Below, one piece after another: positions 39,113-51,745 of a stretch of DNA of 64,000 bases. Origin of the DNA: Callorhinchus milii (taxonomy: Eukaryota); NCBI RefSeq assembly GCF_018977255.1, contig NW_024704742.1, positions 88,290,001 to 88,354,000 on the forward strand. Direction: 5' to 3'. The notes below the pieces were generated by a model. It was not told the origin of the DNA, did not search any database, and saw nothing but the letters and a program-made list of their open reading frames with translations. How positions within the stretch are numbered: the first letter of the stretch is position 1; each line of letters opens with the position of its first letter. A program made the translations under genes and the position numbers.

Positions 39113-39754
39113 AGGGCAGAAATTTTCATGCTACTCCGCATGAAGGGCGCTATATAAATGCAAGTTGCTGTTGTTGTTGTTATTGTTGTTGTTGTTGGTA
39201 ATGTCAAGACTGATATTATTCTGGTTACTAGAAGAAGTCTCCAATTGCGACTCTTTGTTATCAATGATTTCCAGGTCAACTGGTTGTGCAAATCTACATT
39301 AGGCACACTCAAATTTAAGCGAGTTTAAACCTGATGATTGTAATACAGATGCAGCATTGTTCTTTGTGCAAACTTTGCAGAAATGCATATCACTGTGCAA
39401 TCCAAAACTAAGCACGATAACTACTGCTACCCTTTTGGGCAGGGCATGTATACCTGCAATAACTGGCGTGGCTTACAGTTGATCAGAAACACATTTGTGA
39501 AGATTTTCTCAGCACATGTTATAACTCAAGTTTGACCACGTTTTGTTTTAGGTCCAAACTTTTGTCAATCAAACTCTTTACATGAAGAATTGAACTTCAA
39601 TGATAAACCTCACTGTGAAGAAACGTGTAGTCGAAGGAAAGAAGAAACAAACTAAAAGTACAGCTTTTATTTGTTGCTTCAGATAGTGAAACTGCAACAT
39701 TCTGGTAAGTGTCACTACTGTCCAAGAATCCAGGTTAGTGTAATAAAAGATTTT

Positions 39755-39947
39755 TGGAAAAAAATTCTACCTGGATCTAGATTGATTCTACGTAGCATTT
39801 CAGCGTATTCAGAATTTGTCAAATTCCTAAACAAAGGATTAATTTTAAGAACTACAGCAACCACATTCAAAAATAAGACTGAATTCAACAATTTGCCAGA
39901 TTCTGGACACTTGGAAATACTGTACCATGTAAGTAGAGTAAATCTTG
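39755..39947. mobile_element. Same MITE-like palindromic family
   Basis: AAATTCTACCTGGATCTAGATT...GCATTTCAG...AAGACTGAATTCAA...GTAGAGTAAATCT. Confidence 0.55.
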
Positions 39948-40499
39948 TAAATTGCTTCGCAGCAGCTTGTAGATTCACTTGTTGCTTCTCTTTAAGAGGC
40001 TTTGAAATCACAGTACTTTCAATATCTGATTAAAGTGTGAACTGCAAAACATATCAAAGAGGAGGTGACAGATGAGAACTCAGATTGATTCTGACAGTGA
40101 TTGGCCAAAATGTCACCCTTCACCTTTGAGGTAAGTGCTCTCTGGGGAAAGAAATTGACGTTTTGAAGATTAAAGAGGTAACCGGAATCTTACCTTGACA
40201 GAAAGAAGGAGCTAGGCTAAAAAGATTCGTTTAAGCGTAAGTTGTCCTGCAAAGCTGTCAGTGAGGGCACAAAGCGTCTTAATAATAATAATGATCCTTG
40301 CATTTGATACAACACCTTATCACATCTTCAAGATGTCTCAAAGTGCTTTACAGAATATACTGTAAAGTGAATTGACTGTATACTTTGTGGTCTTAGAAGC
40401 TTGTACAAAGCGGGAAACTTTAAGAAAACAACATTGTTCCAATCTAGAGTCTGTATCCAGAGCAACTTGTTGTGCTTTACTTGGTTGGTGTTAGCCTGG

Positions 40500-40910
40500 C
40501 TCATTTCAAGCCCCACGTCAGGACATTGAACTTATATAATCTTAGCTAACACTAGGAGCTGATGCTGGGGGAAACGCTGCATTGTTAGAGGTGCCGTCTT
40601 TGGATGAGACATTAAACCGAGGCCTCGTTCGCCTGTTCAGGAGGCTGTTAAAAATTCCATGGCACTAGCCAAAAAAGAAGAATTTCTTTCGGTATCCTGG
40701 CCCACCGTCATTCCCAAATAAAATTGGTCATTCACTCCACGGCTGTTTGTGGAATACTGCTGTACACAGATTGGCTGCCATGTTCACCATGTTGCCCTGC
40801 TAAGAAAGTTAATCCACTTTACAGTAAATGCTGTGAAATGCTTGGAGACGTCCTCCTGATGTGAAAGGCGCTATATCGAATACAACGATAATTACTAAGG
40901 ATTATTATTA
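40500..40910 (+). mobile_element. Deu-domain SINE
   Basis: GAGGTGCCGTCTTTGGATGAGACATTAAACCGAGGCC...CCATGGCAC...tail GACGTCCTCCTGATGTGAAAGGCGC. Confidence 0.82.
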
Positions 40911-43329
40911 AATTGCAATGCCCTCATAGCTCTAGCCCTCATTTTTCTCTGAAGGTTTCAGCTCAATTTAAGAAGGGATCTGAACAGCGCCATTCGGGAT
41001 TTCTTCTGATAACTGGAGGAATGCTACACTGACTGATGACAACTCTGCTCTATCTCGAATAGAATATCTCAAATCAAAAGGGATTTCTATTAGGATTTCT
41101 TTAGGAGAAATCTTGTTAAAGAAACAATACAAATTGTTGTAACATCCCCATTATTTCCAAAGAATGCATTGCTTACACTGTGTGGATATCTAGATGATGG
41201 ACAAATGATAAAAAAAAAGTTGTGACATTGCATGATAAATGGCATAAAGATTGCCTGAGAAAGAGCAAGGGCCATCAGGACCTATAGTGTCTACAATATG
41301 AACTATAACTAATAATTAGCCAGGTTAGGACTCTTCCGTCTTGAGAGAAGACCACAGAGAGGTGTACAAAATTTTAAATTCACAGTCATTCCAATCCATA
41401 TGAAAACTGGGTGATTTCATGCTGTAATGGGAAGATGATAGGGTGGCTATTTTGACAGATGAGATCATCTGAACCTTTCATCTGATCTTGGGTAATTTCC
41501 AACAGAACTCACCCCATCCATTCCAACAGCAAAAAATCTAATTTGTGAGCAATTTAATTCCGTGGAACATCTAAATGCACAAAAAAGGACAATATTCCCA
41601 AACTATTTACATTCATATAGCGCATTTCATTTCACCATGGTGAGAGATGGTGTGGAATCCCATAGCATAGTGGTTTATTTTCAATTTACATTCCTTTATG
41701 TATAATATATCATTATTGTGGTAACTGAAGCTGTGAGTAGTTTACAATAGTTTACAGTGAAGGTGGAGCAGGGCATGACTGCCTTCTTTACCAACCTAAG
41801 AGCAGTGATTGCCAGACATCTAATTTCAACCAAACATTATGCCCCAAATGGTAACCTTGTGCTGAGGACCTTCAATCTCAGGGGCTTTGAGTGTGCTGAA
41901 ATTTGTGTGGGGTATCCTATCTTTCAGAGATTTGGGTGGGTGCAGCCCCTCTTCATTCAGACATAGCTTGCCTTAACCCTCCTGCCTCAAGAACTATCTT
42001 TTCCAACCACCTCCCTTCCCACCTCGTTAGATCAGGCTCCCAGTTGGTTATGTGAAATGCTTTGAAACATCCTCTCCACATGAAAGATGCTATAAAAATA
42101 TAAACACAAATTGTTGTTTGCTTATAGGATGTGTTGGGGTGTGGACTCTAACATTTACACATACCCTTCAAAAATCCAAAATGCGTGCATCAGTTCCATT
42201 GGTGCCTCAAAAGAGCATTGTTGACTTGATAATTGTGATGGGCATCCTGGAGCCTGGTGGTAGGACTGGCCAGTCTACAAGGGTAGACTTAGTGACATGT
42301 TACTAATACGTCCTATAGCCTTTGTGCAGTGACTGTTCCTGGTAATAGCAATATATATAATTTAATAATCCTTACGTTTGGTATAGTACCTTTCATGTCG
42401 TGAGGACTTCCCAAAGGATTTCACAGGATATACTGCAAAGTGCAATGAGTGTGTGTCTTGTGTGGGACATATATAAACACACAATTGCTGAATGCTTAAA
42501 GTACACTGAGTTCAGTCACTATGGTGGCGTAATGCACTTGTTTCCTTTTATAATGTAATAAAGTGCAGCAGTGTGAATTAGTTGTAATGCGAGCGTTTGC
42601 AGGTAAAAATGATTCAGACTGCGATACTAGTAGGTCCTATTATTCATTCCAGCTTTGCGGGGAAAACATTGTTTCCTTTGGTGATAAAATCTGTCAGGCA
42701 GGTTTCACATTTTGCCAGTTTTATTTGCAAATGGAGAGATCAATTTGGAGATCACAGTGGAATGAATGCCTACCTAATCATTGCTCTTAATTGAAATCTC
42801 CTTTCCTACTTGTACCTAACATGACAATGGGCCTACTATTGAAGGATTGTTATAGGAAAGGGAGGATTTTAATGTTAACCCCATAAACCTCATGTAAAAC
42901 ATTCATATGAAAAGGAAATAGCAGTAAGGAGTTACTGACGTGCTTTTTTCTCCCCTCTTGAAAAAAACGTCCAATGCTCAGGAACAATAATCACAAAAAC
43001 GTAATGGCCGCTTGAAATCCTTTGGCATCCAGTTCATTGTGTAAATCTATTGAAGTGCATGATGCTACACAACAGTAATCCATTCAGTTTCTCTTTTTCA
43101 CTTTATCTTGACAAACAGAGGGTGGTTATTATGCTCAATTATCTTTGGGGTACTGCTGCTAAGAAAGACTGCATTAACAGTTGTATTATTCGACTAAGCC
43201 TTGGCTGAATAGTATACTCACACCAGTGTCAATCGCGGAAGGCACCTTTAAAGGCCGACCCATTAAGGGCCTCTTGTGTACAAATTTAGATATACCGAAC
43301 CTGAACTGAACATTTTGACAGGTACGAGA

Positions 43330-43652
43330 GTTTATAGAGAGACTAGATAATGTAGACCATAAGAAGCTGTAGTACCAGAGGACACACCCTGTGATTGAAG
43401 TGGGGGGAATTTAAGACCAATCTGCGAAACACTACTTCAGTGAGTAAGTAGTAAACGTATGGATCAGGGAGATGCTGGAAGCAGTAAGCATCGATTCTTT
43501 CAAGAACAAATTAAATAGATTTCTGTTAAGAAATAATATCTCGGGATATGAAATATAATTTGGGACATGACTTGTTCATGCGACTGATAGGATGGTGGAA
43601 GGCGAACTGGATGGACCTTGGTCTTCTTTCATCTAACAATTCTTATGTTTTT
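43330..43652 (+). mobile_element. CR1 LINE 3' fragment
   Basis: ACCAGAGGACAC...TTTAAGACCAATCTGCGAAACACTACTTCAG, tail GATGGACCTTGGTCTTCTTTCATC...TTCTTATGTT. Confidence 0.7.
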
Positions 43653-44225
43653 TATACTGATCGGATTTGTCAAAGACATCAAATGTTGCCCTTGGCTGTC
43701 TCAAGGCCTTCGACTTTGACTGCACTTCGGTCTTCTTGCCCATCCCCACCCCCCTTGGCTCCCACCCCCAGCTTGGGTGCTAATCCAGGATGGTCAAGTG
43801 CCTTAATAATAATAATCCTTATATTTGATTAATATTATTAAATCAAACCTTAAAACTTACCTCTTCAATGTACCTATGGTCACCTGCCCCTATCCCTCAC
43901 TCAGTGTCCAACCCCACCTGTGTACAGTGCTCCGATTCGCTATCCTGTGCAAAGTGTGCTATACAAATGTAAGTTGTTGTTTGTGAAAAATTATCTTAAC
44001 ACTGACAGAAGTCTCCTTTGATGTAACACTATTAACAGATGCAAATCAACTGTTTCAAGAGATCAAACACTTTTGTTTCAATGGAAATGTTGTAGAACAA
44101 GGCTCAGACAATGGTGCTGTCATGGCAGACAGGCAATTGTCCTTGTGATGTCTTTTGAATGAGCGACTAAACAGACTGATACGTTATGCTGAAATCTATG
44201 GCTATTAGCAGACAAAAAGGCAGGC

Positions 44226-44520
44226 AACAACAACAACAAAATTCCATTTGTATAGCGCCTTTCACGTCGGGAGGACGTCCCAAGGCACTGGACAGACAGA
44301 ATTACGGACTGAGGGTTGGGTGGGGGAGGGTGGAGGGTGGAGAGGGAAGCAGGAGATTGAAAGCATGGTCGAAGAGGAGGGTCTTGAGGTGGGTCTTGAA
44401 GGTGATGAGGAGGGGGTGAGATGGAGGGACTGTGGGATGGAGTTCCAGAGGGTGGGTGCAGAGTGGTGGAAGACCTGCTCGCCGCTAGTGGGGCGAGCAA
44501 GGCGGGGGACGTGAAGCAGG
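44226..44520 (-). mobile_element. L2 3' fragment
   Basis: (CAA)n tail, GCGCCTTTCACGTCGGGAGGACGTCCCAAGG, purine-rich L2 3' region. Confidence 0.8.
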
Positions 44521-46127
44521 CCTCTCCATAGGAGACAAAGGATTCACACTTTAAGTCATTTTGACACTGAAGGCACAATATCAATACAAGGATTATTATT
44601 ATTATTATATTCACCGGTGATAACTGACATAACACAAGTTGCAACTTCTGTAAAACATTTTATTCCAACGCCTTCGACTGCACAACTGCTAAAAGCTGTT
44701 AGTGAAACTAAAACATAATCGGAAATATAGGGTACACTGTAATTTTGAGTGTCCTGTAAAATTGAACAACGGAAAAATAAACATTGTGAACTTGGGAGTC
44801 AACTGCAAATTGGATTGCAGCAGAAATATAGCTATAACTGTCATATTGAAGGTGAGATGTAATTATCATACGAAGAATGAAAGTGCTTGGTGATCAGTCG
44901 TTAAGCCACTTTGAAAAAGGACATCTTGTGGGGTCATGAACCAGAGTCCTAGCACCTGGTATCTGGCAGAGACCGACTCTGTAAAATGCAAAAGATTAAG
45001 CATTTTAACATTTAACAGTCTGATAGATCTGGTGCAATGCTGGGGGAGAGCTACATTATCAGTGGTACCGTTTTTCAGATGAGAGATTGAAACCCAAGTC
45101 CATCTGCACACAGCTGAGAACCAGCTGTGCACACATGATTGCTATGTTTCCCTACAATAAAAAAACTGGATAGTAACCATGTAAAAGTGCTATGAAACAT
45201 TTTAAAGTAATAAGATACTGGAAAAACACTTCTTTCTTTAATTCAATTATAATAAAGTCATTTTCTTGTGGATCCCATAGCCGGGAACTTTATGGCTTCT
45301 GCCACTTTCACAGTATAAGGTAGAGCAGCTGAGAGTCACTGATGTTGCCTTCATATCAGAATCTGTCATTGTACACACCTCAGTCATTACCTCCTTGAAC
45401 CTCTTTATACACTGTTCTTTTGTTAAGCCTGTATATGATATGCAAGACCAATAATAGCCTGTATTCAGATAAAGGCCTTTTCCCGCATGTCTCTATCTCC
45501 CTTTCTTTCTGCTCCCCATCGAGAGCAACTATGACACCGCTATCTGAAGCTTTCAGAAAGACGTTTGACTCATCTTATAACAAAACAGATTGCTGCTGTC
45601 AACAATTAGTGCAAAAGCCATTTTCCATTCCCAACAAGTGTACCATTGTTCAGTTTGCTGGCATTGTAGAGGCTTGGTCAGTGTGTAGCTTGGAACAATG
45701 ATGGAGTTTGCCATTTTATTAAAAGAGAATATGCATCATGACTTAAGTTAATTGAATCCAGTCCCATCTCCAATAATTGGCTCAACTGTAGTTTACCAGT
45801 GTTAAACATTTACTACTATGTCAAACCAGCTTCAGGACGTACAATCTGGTGTTTCTATCATTCAAAGTAGTCTTAATGTCCTGCCAAATTTAGAGTGTGG
45901 CATTCGCATAAGAGATTTTACTCTTTTTTTAAAACTGCTGCTCACTGTTGACTGGTATCACAAGATCCCAAGATTGTTTTGGCACCTTGGGACATTCTCC
46001 CCACGTGAAATGTAAATGCAATTTGTTGTTGGTTTTGTAGTTTGGTACAAAAAGATTTTCTTAGCTCATTATTTAAATTTTCTTATAATCAGTAATGATT
46101 TACCACCAACCACAATTTGCATTCATA

Positions 46128-46415
46128 GTGGAGTCCTGTAGCTCAGTGGTTAGAGCACTCGCTTTGCAAGCGAGAAACCTTAGTTCAATTCCAGGCAGGG
46201 GAAACCTTGGGCAAGTTTCCTTACTCCACACGCCTAATAATAATCGCTCCAAAAATTTTTCATTTTCAATCTACGACTGTTTGTGGGACATTGCTGTGCG
46301 CATTTGGCTGCCGCGTTCGCCCACAAATATACAGTCAATTCACTTTACAGTGTGTTCTGTGAAGCGCTTTGGGACGTCCTCCTGACGTGAAAAGCGCTAT
46401 ATCAAATGCAAGGAA

Positions 46416-46445
<30 letters not shown>
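46128..46445 (+). mobile_element. Young tRNA-Ala(TGC)-derived SINE with partial Deu body and L2-type tail
   Basis: A box TAGCTCAGTGG at 46139-46149, anticodon arm CTCGC-TTTGCAA-GCGAG at 46158-46174, B box GTTCAATTCC at 46183-46192, 3' stem-loop at 46363-46398, (TTA)n tail. Confidence 0.92.
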
Positions 46446-46448
<3 letters not shown>

Positions 46449-47433
46449 GCGCCTTTCATGCAAGAAAGCATCTCGGAGCTCCGAACAGTGGTGAAGTTGG
46501 ACATCAAGCAAGGGTGAAGTGGGAGAGAGGTTACCGTAGACGCAGTTGAAGAGGTAGGTCTTCAGGTGAGATTTAAAGATAGATAAAAAAGGGGCGAGAC
46601 AGAGGGTTTTACTTAAAGGCTTTACTTAAAGACTTTGCTTCAATCTTAACATTAATTTGGTCTACGTTTATGATCAAAAACACACGTGGATTGAAAATTA
46701 TCGCCAGTGCTAATTAATATATCACACGTGGTTATTTTTCACCTTGAAAATTTCTTATTAAATGGAAAGAGGGCCCGACCTCAGAAAGGAACATTACAAA
46801 ACACACAGTGACTCCACTTTGCAGTAAATCCTGTGAAGTGCGTTGAAACGTCCTCCCGACATGAATGGTGCTATATTAAGTGTAAGGGTTATTATTATTG
46901 TTATCTGGGAACCTGACTGTTTATGGGAGGTTAATCTATGTCAATGAAGTTAGCAATCTAGGCTGCTTTAGGAATTGTGTGGATCAAAATGATGGAGACT
47001 GTTTAAGCTCCCTCGGCTTGTCAGGATCAATATTCCCATTATCTATTTCCCCACTTGTGCAGCCTATTTACACACTATTTAAAAAGTACAACCTTCAACT
47101 CTTCCCGGAATCAGAGAAGAGAAAAACATACAGAAGTTGATCATGATTACTTCCGAAGCGTTTTGTTTTTCACACGTCCATCTATTTTATGGCCTCTTTA
47201 TCAAATTCTGAATTACTATTCCTTATCTGGGGTTAGAATCATGTTCTGGGCCAACATCAGGAAACCAACTATATCATGGTGATTTTTTTTTACTGACAAG
47301 TGATCAGCTGAGCAAGAGGAGTGGGCTGTGGATAAATTGGAGACCAGAGAGCACTGTGCTTAGTTCAGGCTAGTCAGTCATTCCTTCAATAATAATAATA
47401 ATAATGTAATAATAATATTATAATGATATTATC

Positions 47434-48012
47434 ATGCATGCGTTTTTCACCTCCTGCTTGGATTACTCCAACGCACTCCTCGCAGGTCTCCCCAGCTCCA
47501 CCATTCACAAGATCCAGCTCATTCAAAACTCTGCTGCCCACAGACTGACCCGGACCAAACTCCGTGCCCACATCTCATCAGTTCTGGCCAGGCTCCACCG
47601 GCTCCCCATCGCCAAACGGATCAACTTCAAGCTCTTCACTCTCGTGTTCAAATCCATTCACTCCCTGGCACCTCCCTACCTCTCCAACCTCCTCACTCCC
47701 TAATCCACCACCCGGCACCTCTGCTCAACTGTCCTGGCCTCCTGCTCGTCCCTCACACCCTCTACCCCACCATCAGAGATCGTGCTTTCAGTCACTACAC
47801 CCCAAAACTCTGAAATACTCTCCCTCAATCCCTCTGCATTGTCCCCACACTCCCCTTTTCAAGTCCTGCCCGAAAATTTTTCTCTTCGACCGTGCTTATG
47901 GCCATCTTTCCCTTATCCCCAGCTCGGAGTCAGGCTCCGGCACTGTTAAGAGCTCTGAGATGCTACTCTGCATGGAGGACGCTATATAAGTGCAAGTTGT
48001 TGTTGTTGTTGT
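47434..48012 (+). mobile_element. L2 3' fragment
   Basis: ORF HAFFTSCLDYSNALLAGLP...IQNSAA...LHRLPIAKRINFK; (TTG)n tail. Confidence 0.87.
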
Positions 48013-48021
48013 AATACTACT

Positions 48022-48200
48022 ATTAATAATAATCCTTTCATTTGATATAGCGCCTTATCACGTCTTTGAGACATCTCAAACCGCTTCACAGAATATACTG
48101 CCAAATGGATTGACTGTATATTTTGTGGACGGAAAGCAGCAGCCAATTGTCCACAGCAGTGTCCCACAAACAGTTGTGGATTGAGTGACCAATCTATAAT
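48022..48200 (-). mobile_element. tRNA-Ala SINE 3' half
   Basis: Same tail and body motifs as 20980-21210. Confidence 0.75.
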
Positions 48201-48587
48201 TTTATAATTTTTTGTAAATTTAAGGCATAGTTGAGGGATACAAAGAAATCTGTGAGCATTTTTCTTTCCATTCGATGTCCTAACTAGTTAAGAAAGTTCA
48301 TTATTTACCATAAAAACTCTATTTCAAAAAAAGATGATGATCTGGAAATATATAACTATTAAAGCTGTATTTAATGTTATTATAGATATATAATGAATGT
48401 CAATTGGTTGCCACGTTTTGCCAACAAAACATACAGTCAATTCACTTTACGGTATATTTTATGAAGCTTTTTGAGATGTCCCAACAACGTGATAAGGCGC
48501 TATATCAAATACAAGGATTATTATTATTATTATAATATTGAATGTCCCTTTTCATTCCTCAGTCCCATTTGGCACACTACTTTGGAC

Positions 48588-48978
48588 ATCAGACTGGCTC
48601 AGTTGGTAACACTAGTCAGAAGACTGCAAGTCCAAGCTCCATATCAGGACTTTGAGCTCATCGTGTTGGCTGACATTCTAGTGCAGTGCTGGGGAAGCAC
48701 TGTGATGTTGAAGGCATCCTTTGGATGAGACGTTAAACCAAGATAGATGTTCAGGTAGATGTTAAAGATCCCATGGCACTATTCAAAAAGAGAAAGGAGT
48801 TTCTCCCTGTGCCCTGACCAACAACCCTCCAAATAAAATTAGTCACTGTAGTTTTCTACGTGGAAATTGGTTGCTGGTTCGTCTACAAATCCACAGTCTT
48901 TACATTTTACAGAGAAGCTTCGTGAAGTGCTGTGAGGTGTTGTAGGTGTTACATCAAATGCAAGTATAAGTATTATTG
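48588..48978 (+). mobile_element. Deu-domain SINE
   Basis: Head TGGCTCAGTTGGTAACAC, GGATGAGACGTTAAACC, GATCCCATGGCACTATTC. Confidence 0.8.
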
Positions 48979-49988
48979 TATACTTCTGGGCAGCATGTTG
49001 AAGTCAGAGCATTGTGTGGCAATACTCGTTTCCACCCAGTGATGAGATGCCTGCTTTCTGTCTGGCTCCTCCAGATAGTGTGATGGCTTAGACTAGGAAG
49101 TCACTGAGCAGAGATATTGTGGGAACAAAGCAGTCTCCTGCTGCTCTGTGCCGTGCATACTGAAGCGCTAACTAGCTACACCCACTGTGCTGTGTATGGC
49201 AATACGCCCTCTTTAATATTTATCGAGTATGCATCAGTTTTTAAAACACCCACTGCTACAAGTCGAACAAAGGTTTCACTGTGTGAACAGAATAGTGAAA
49301 TTGACATTGAAGGTTTATTTTTTAAATATTAAAATATGGTCGTCATGATTTTCCTTCCGTATGTTGTGACCCAATATTCTAAAGATGAATTTGGGTCAAA
49401 ATGTTGCTCTGCGCGCAAACGCATAAAGTTTACTGCGAAACAGTAGGTGGCATCTGCAAATTAGTCACACAAGTACAATGGAAAATGTAACATTCAAGTA
49501 TGTTTTTAATAAATCTGTTACCTTGATCCAATGTAGTGCATGGAAGCAATTATTATTTTGAAGTGTTTTTGCATAGTAACAACATCGACTTGTACTCTTA
49601 GCTATTAACATGCAGAAAGATTTATCCCTGGCTATCCCCGATGTGTAGCTTTATAAGTTGAAAGTACAGATAAATAAAGGGCTCACAATCATGCATTAAG
49701 ACCACATTTTTAATACTATGATTGGGTGGGTTTGTAAGATGAAGTTTTAATGACTCAGGATTCAGAAATCTGGTATGATTAAATGAGAGTTGAAGCCATG
49801 CAATAAAGGTTACTGTTCCAGATTCCTTTGATGACATATGGTCTACTTCCTCAAACACTGAGCTCTTACAGCAGATGTAATGGTGATAATTGACTGGTGC
49901 GGAAACTTGCTTATTTATTTCTAGATGCAATGGCCCTCAGCAAAATGTAGAATATTACTTATCCAAAGGTGCTTGGTTTTGCCTTTTT

Positions 49989-50317
49989 AATAATAATAAT
50001 AATAATCCTTGCATTTGATATAGCGCTTTTCACGTTAGGAGGACGTCCCAAAGCGCTTCACAGAACACACTGTAAAGTGAATTGACTGTATATTTGTGGG
50101 CGAACGCGGCAGCCAATTGCGCACAGCAATGTCCCACAAACAGTCGTAGATTGAAAATGACCAATTTATTATTGTTTTTGGTTTTGGAGGGATTATTATT
50201 AGGCTCTGTGTGGAGTAAGGAAACTTGCCCAAGGTTTCGCCCTGACCTGCCTGGAATTGAACTCAGGTCTCTCGCTTGCAAAGTGAGTGCTCTAACCACT
50301 GAGCTACAGGACTCCAC
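49989..50317 (-). mobile_element. Young tRNA-Ala SINE
   Basis: Same family, full length, (TAA)n tail on the + strand. Confidence 0.92.
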
Positions 50318-50779
50318 AAATTTTTTGCTGACAACAGTTACATTAGTAACCTGTTTATACTCCTCAGGGTTGTGTGGGCAAAGTGTTGAGTCACTGGGTC
50401 CCTAACCTCCCGAACTCCAAGCCTCCCTCCCCCACAATCTCTTTACCACTTTAAAACCTTCTAGTTCGACCTATAGTCACCGACTCCTCCCCTCTCTCCC
50501 TTGCTTGGTGTCACTTACATGATGCATGATGCACAGGAAGTAATATCACTGTGACCTGATGACCAAGAGTGGCTATTACTTAGCGTGCAAGAGCCTGGCT
50601 GGTGATAGCACCCCTTATGACCCTGGTTGGGAATTTACAAGCCCCCCCAAGACCCATGCTATAATGGAGCTTCAATGTAATAGTAACAATAATGATAATG
50701 TTCGTAGCATTTGATATAGCGCCAATCATGTTAAAAGTCTCAAAGGGTTTTAAAGTAATTTCTGTTAAGTGCAGTTATG

Positions 50780-51452
50780 CAACCTAGGCGTCAGGTTCGA
50801 CCCCTAATTATCCTTCCTCCCCCACACCCGGTCCCTCACCAGCACCGCTTTCTTCCACCTCTGACGCATCGCCCATCTCCGCCAATACCTCACTCCAAAA
50901 GCCGCTGAAACCCTGGTCCATGCCTTTGTCACCTCTCGGCTGGACTATTCAAATGCCCTCCTCGCCGGTCTCCCCCCCATTACCATCTATAAAATTCAGG
51001 TCATCCAAAACTCTGCCGCCTGCATTCTCACCCGCACCAAACTTCACTCCCCGATTACTCCAGTCCTTGCCAAACTGCACTGGCTGCCTGTCCCAGAGAG
51101 GATCGACTTCAAGATACTCACCCTTGTCTTCAAATCCCTCCACTCCTCTGCACAGCTCTACCTCTCTGACCTCCTCTCTCCTCACAACAGTGCCCATTAC
51201 CTTCGTTCCACCGGGTCTGGCCTCCTCCTTGTTACCCCAAGTCCTCCGCTCCACGCTCGATGGCCGTGCTTTCAGCCGCTATGCCCCAAGGCTCCGAAAC
51301 TCCCTTCCTCTCTCCTTTCGCCTCGTCCCCTCTCTTCCTATTTTCAGGTCTCGGCTGAAGACTTTTCTTTTCGACCGCGCCTTTGTTCACCTTCCACCCC
51401 CTCCCCCTGGCTCGGCCCCGGGATTCGTTACTGTGAAATGCTCTGAGATACC
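50780..51452 (+). mobile_element. Older 5'-truncated L2 (3' part); its tail resumes at 55095-55150
   Basis: Encodes AFVTSRLDYSNALLAGLP and LAKLHWLPVPERIDFK. Tail is interrupted after GCTCTGAGA and continues ...CTATATAAATCCAAATTATTGT at 55095-55150. Confidence 0.85.
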
Positions 51453-51605
51453 CAGGTATTTAAGCACGAGGCGGTAGGGAGTGCAGCCACATGGGGAGCG
51501 GCGGCAGGACAGCGCGGGGAGGAGCCTGGGCCTACCTACCCAGGTATTTAAGCACGAGGCGGGAGGGAGTCCAGCCACACGGGGAGCGGCGGCAGGGAGT
51601 CCAGC
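51450..51605 (+). repeat. Tandem 88-bp monomer (about 1.7 copies) at the L2 5' end
   Basis: CAGGTATTTAAGCACGAGGCGG-AGGGAGT-CAGCCACA-GGGGAGCGGCGGCAGG starts at 51453 and again at 51541. Confidence 0.85.
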
Positions 51606-51635
51606 TAGCGGGTCTGTGGGGCTGAGGAGGGAACG

Positions 51636-51745
51636 GGTGGGGGCGGAGCGGGGGAACCCCTGACGTCATAGTTTAGTTTTCAGGAGTGTGCGCGCGCAAC
51701 AAAAAAAAACCTCTGCGCCCCCCCGGTCCCCGCGTGCGCACCATG
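51636..51745 (+). promoter_or_regulatory. Putative internal Pol II promoter of the L2
   Basis: CpG-rich; GC box GGGGCGG near 51640, perfect CRE TGACGTCA at 51661-51668, ATG in Kozak-like context (CACCATGG) at 51743. Function is inferred. Confidence 0.45.

Noticed and set aside
40040..40136. Possible exon ending at strong donor GAG/GTAAGT (40130/40131)
   Set aside because: No convincing acceptor or recognisable peptide; a lone donor motif is expected by chance.
46128..46200. tRNA-Ala(TGC) gene
   Set aside because: A/B boxes and anticodon arm are present, but there is no proper acceptor stem or terminator, and it continues into a multi-copy SINE body.
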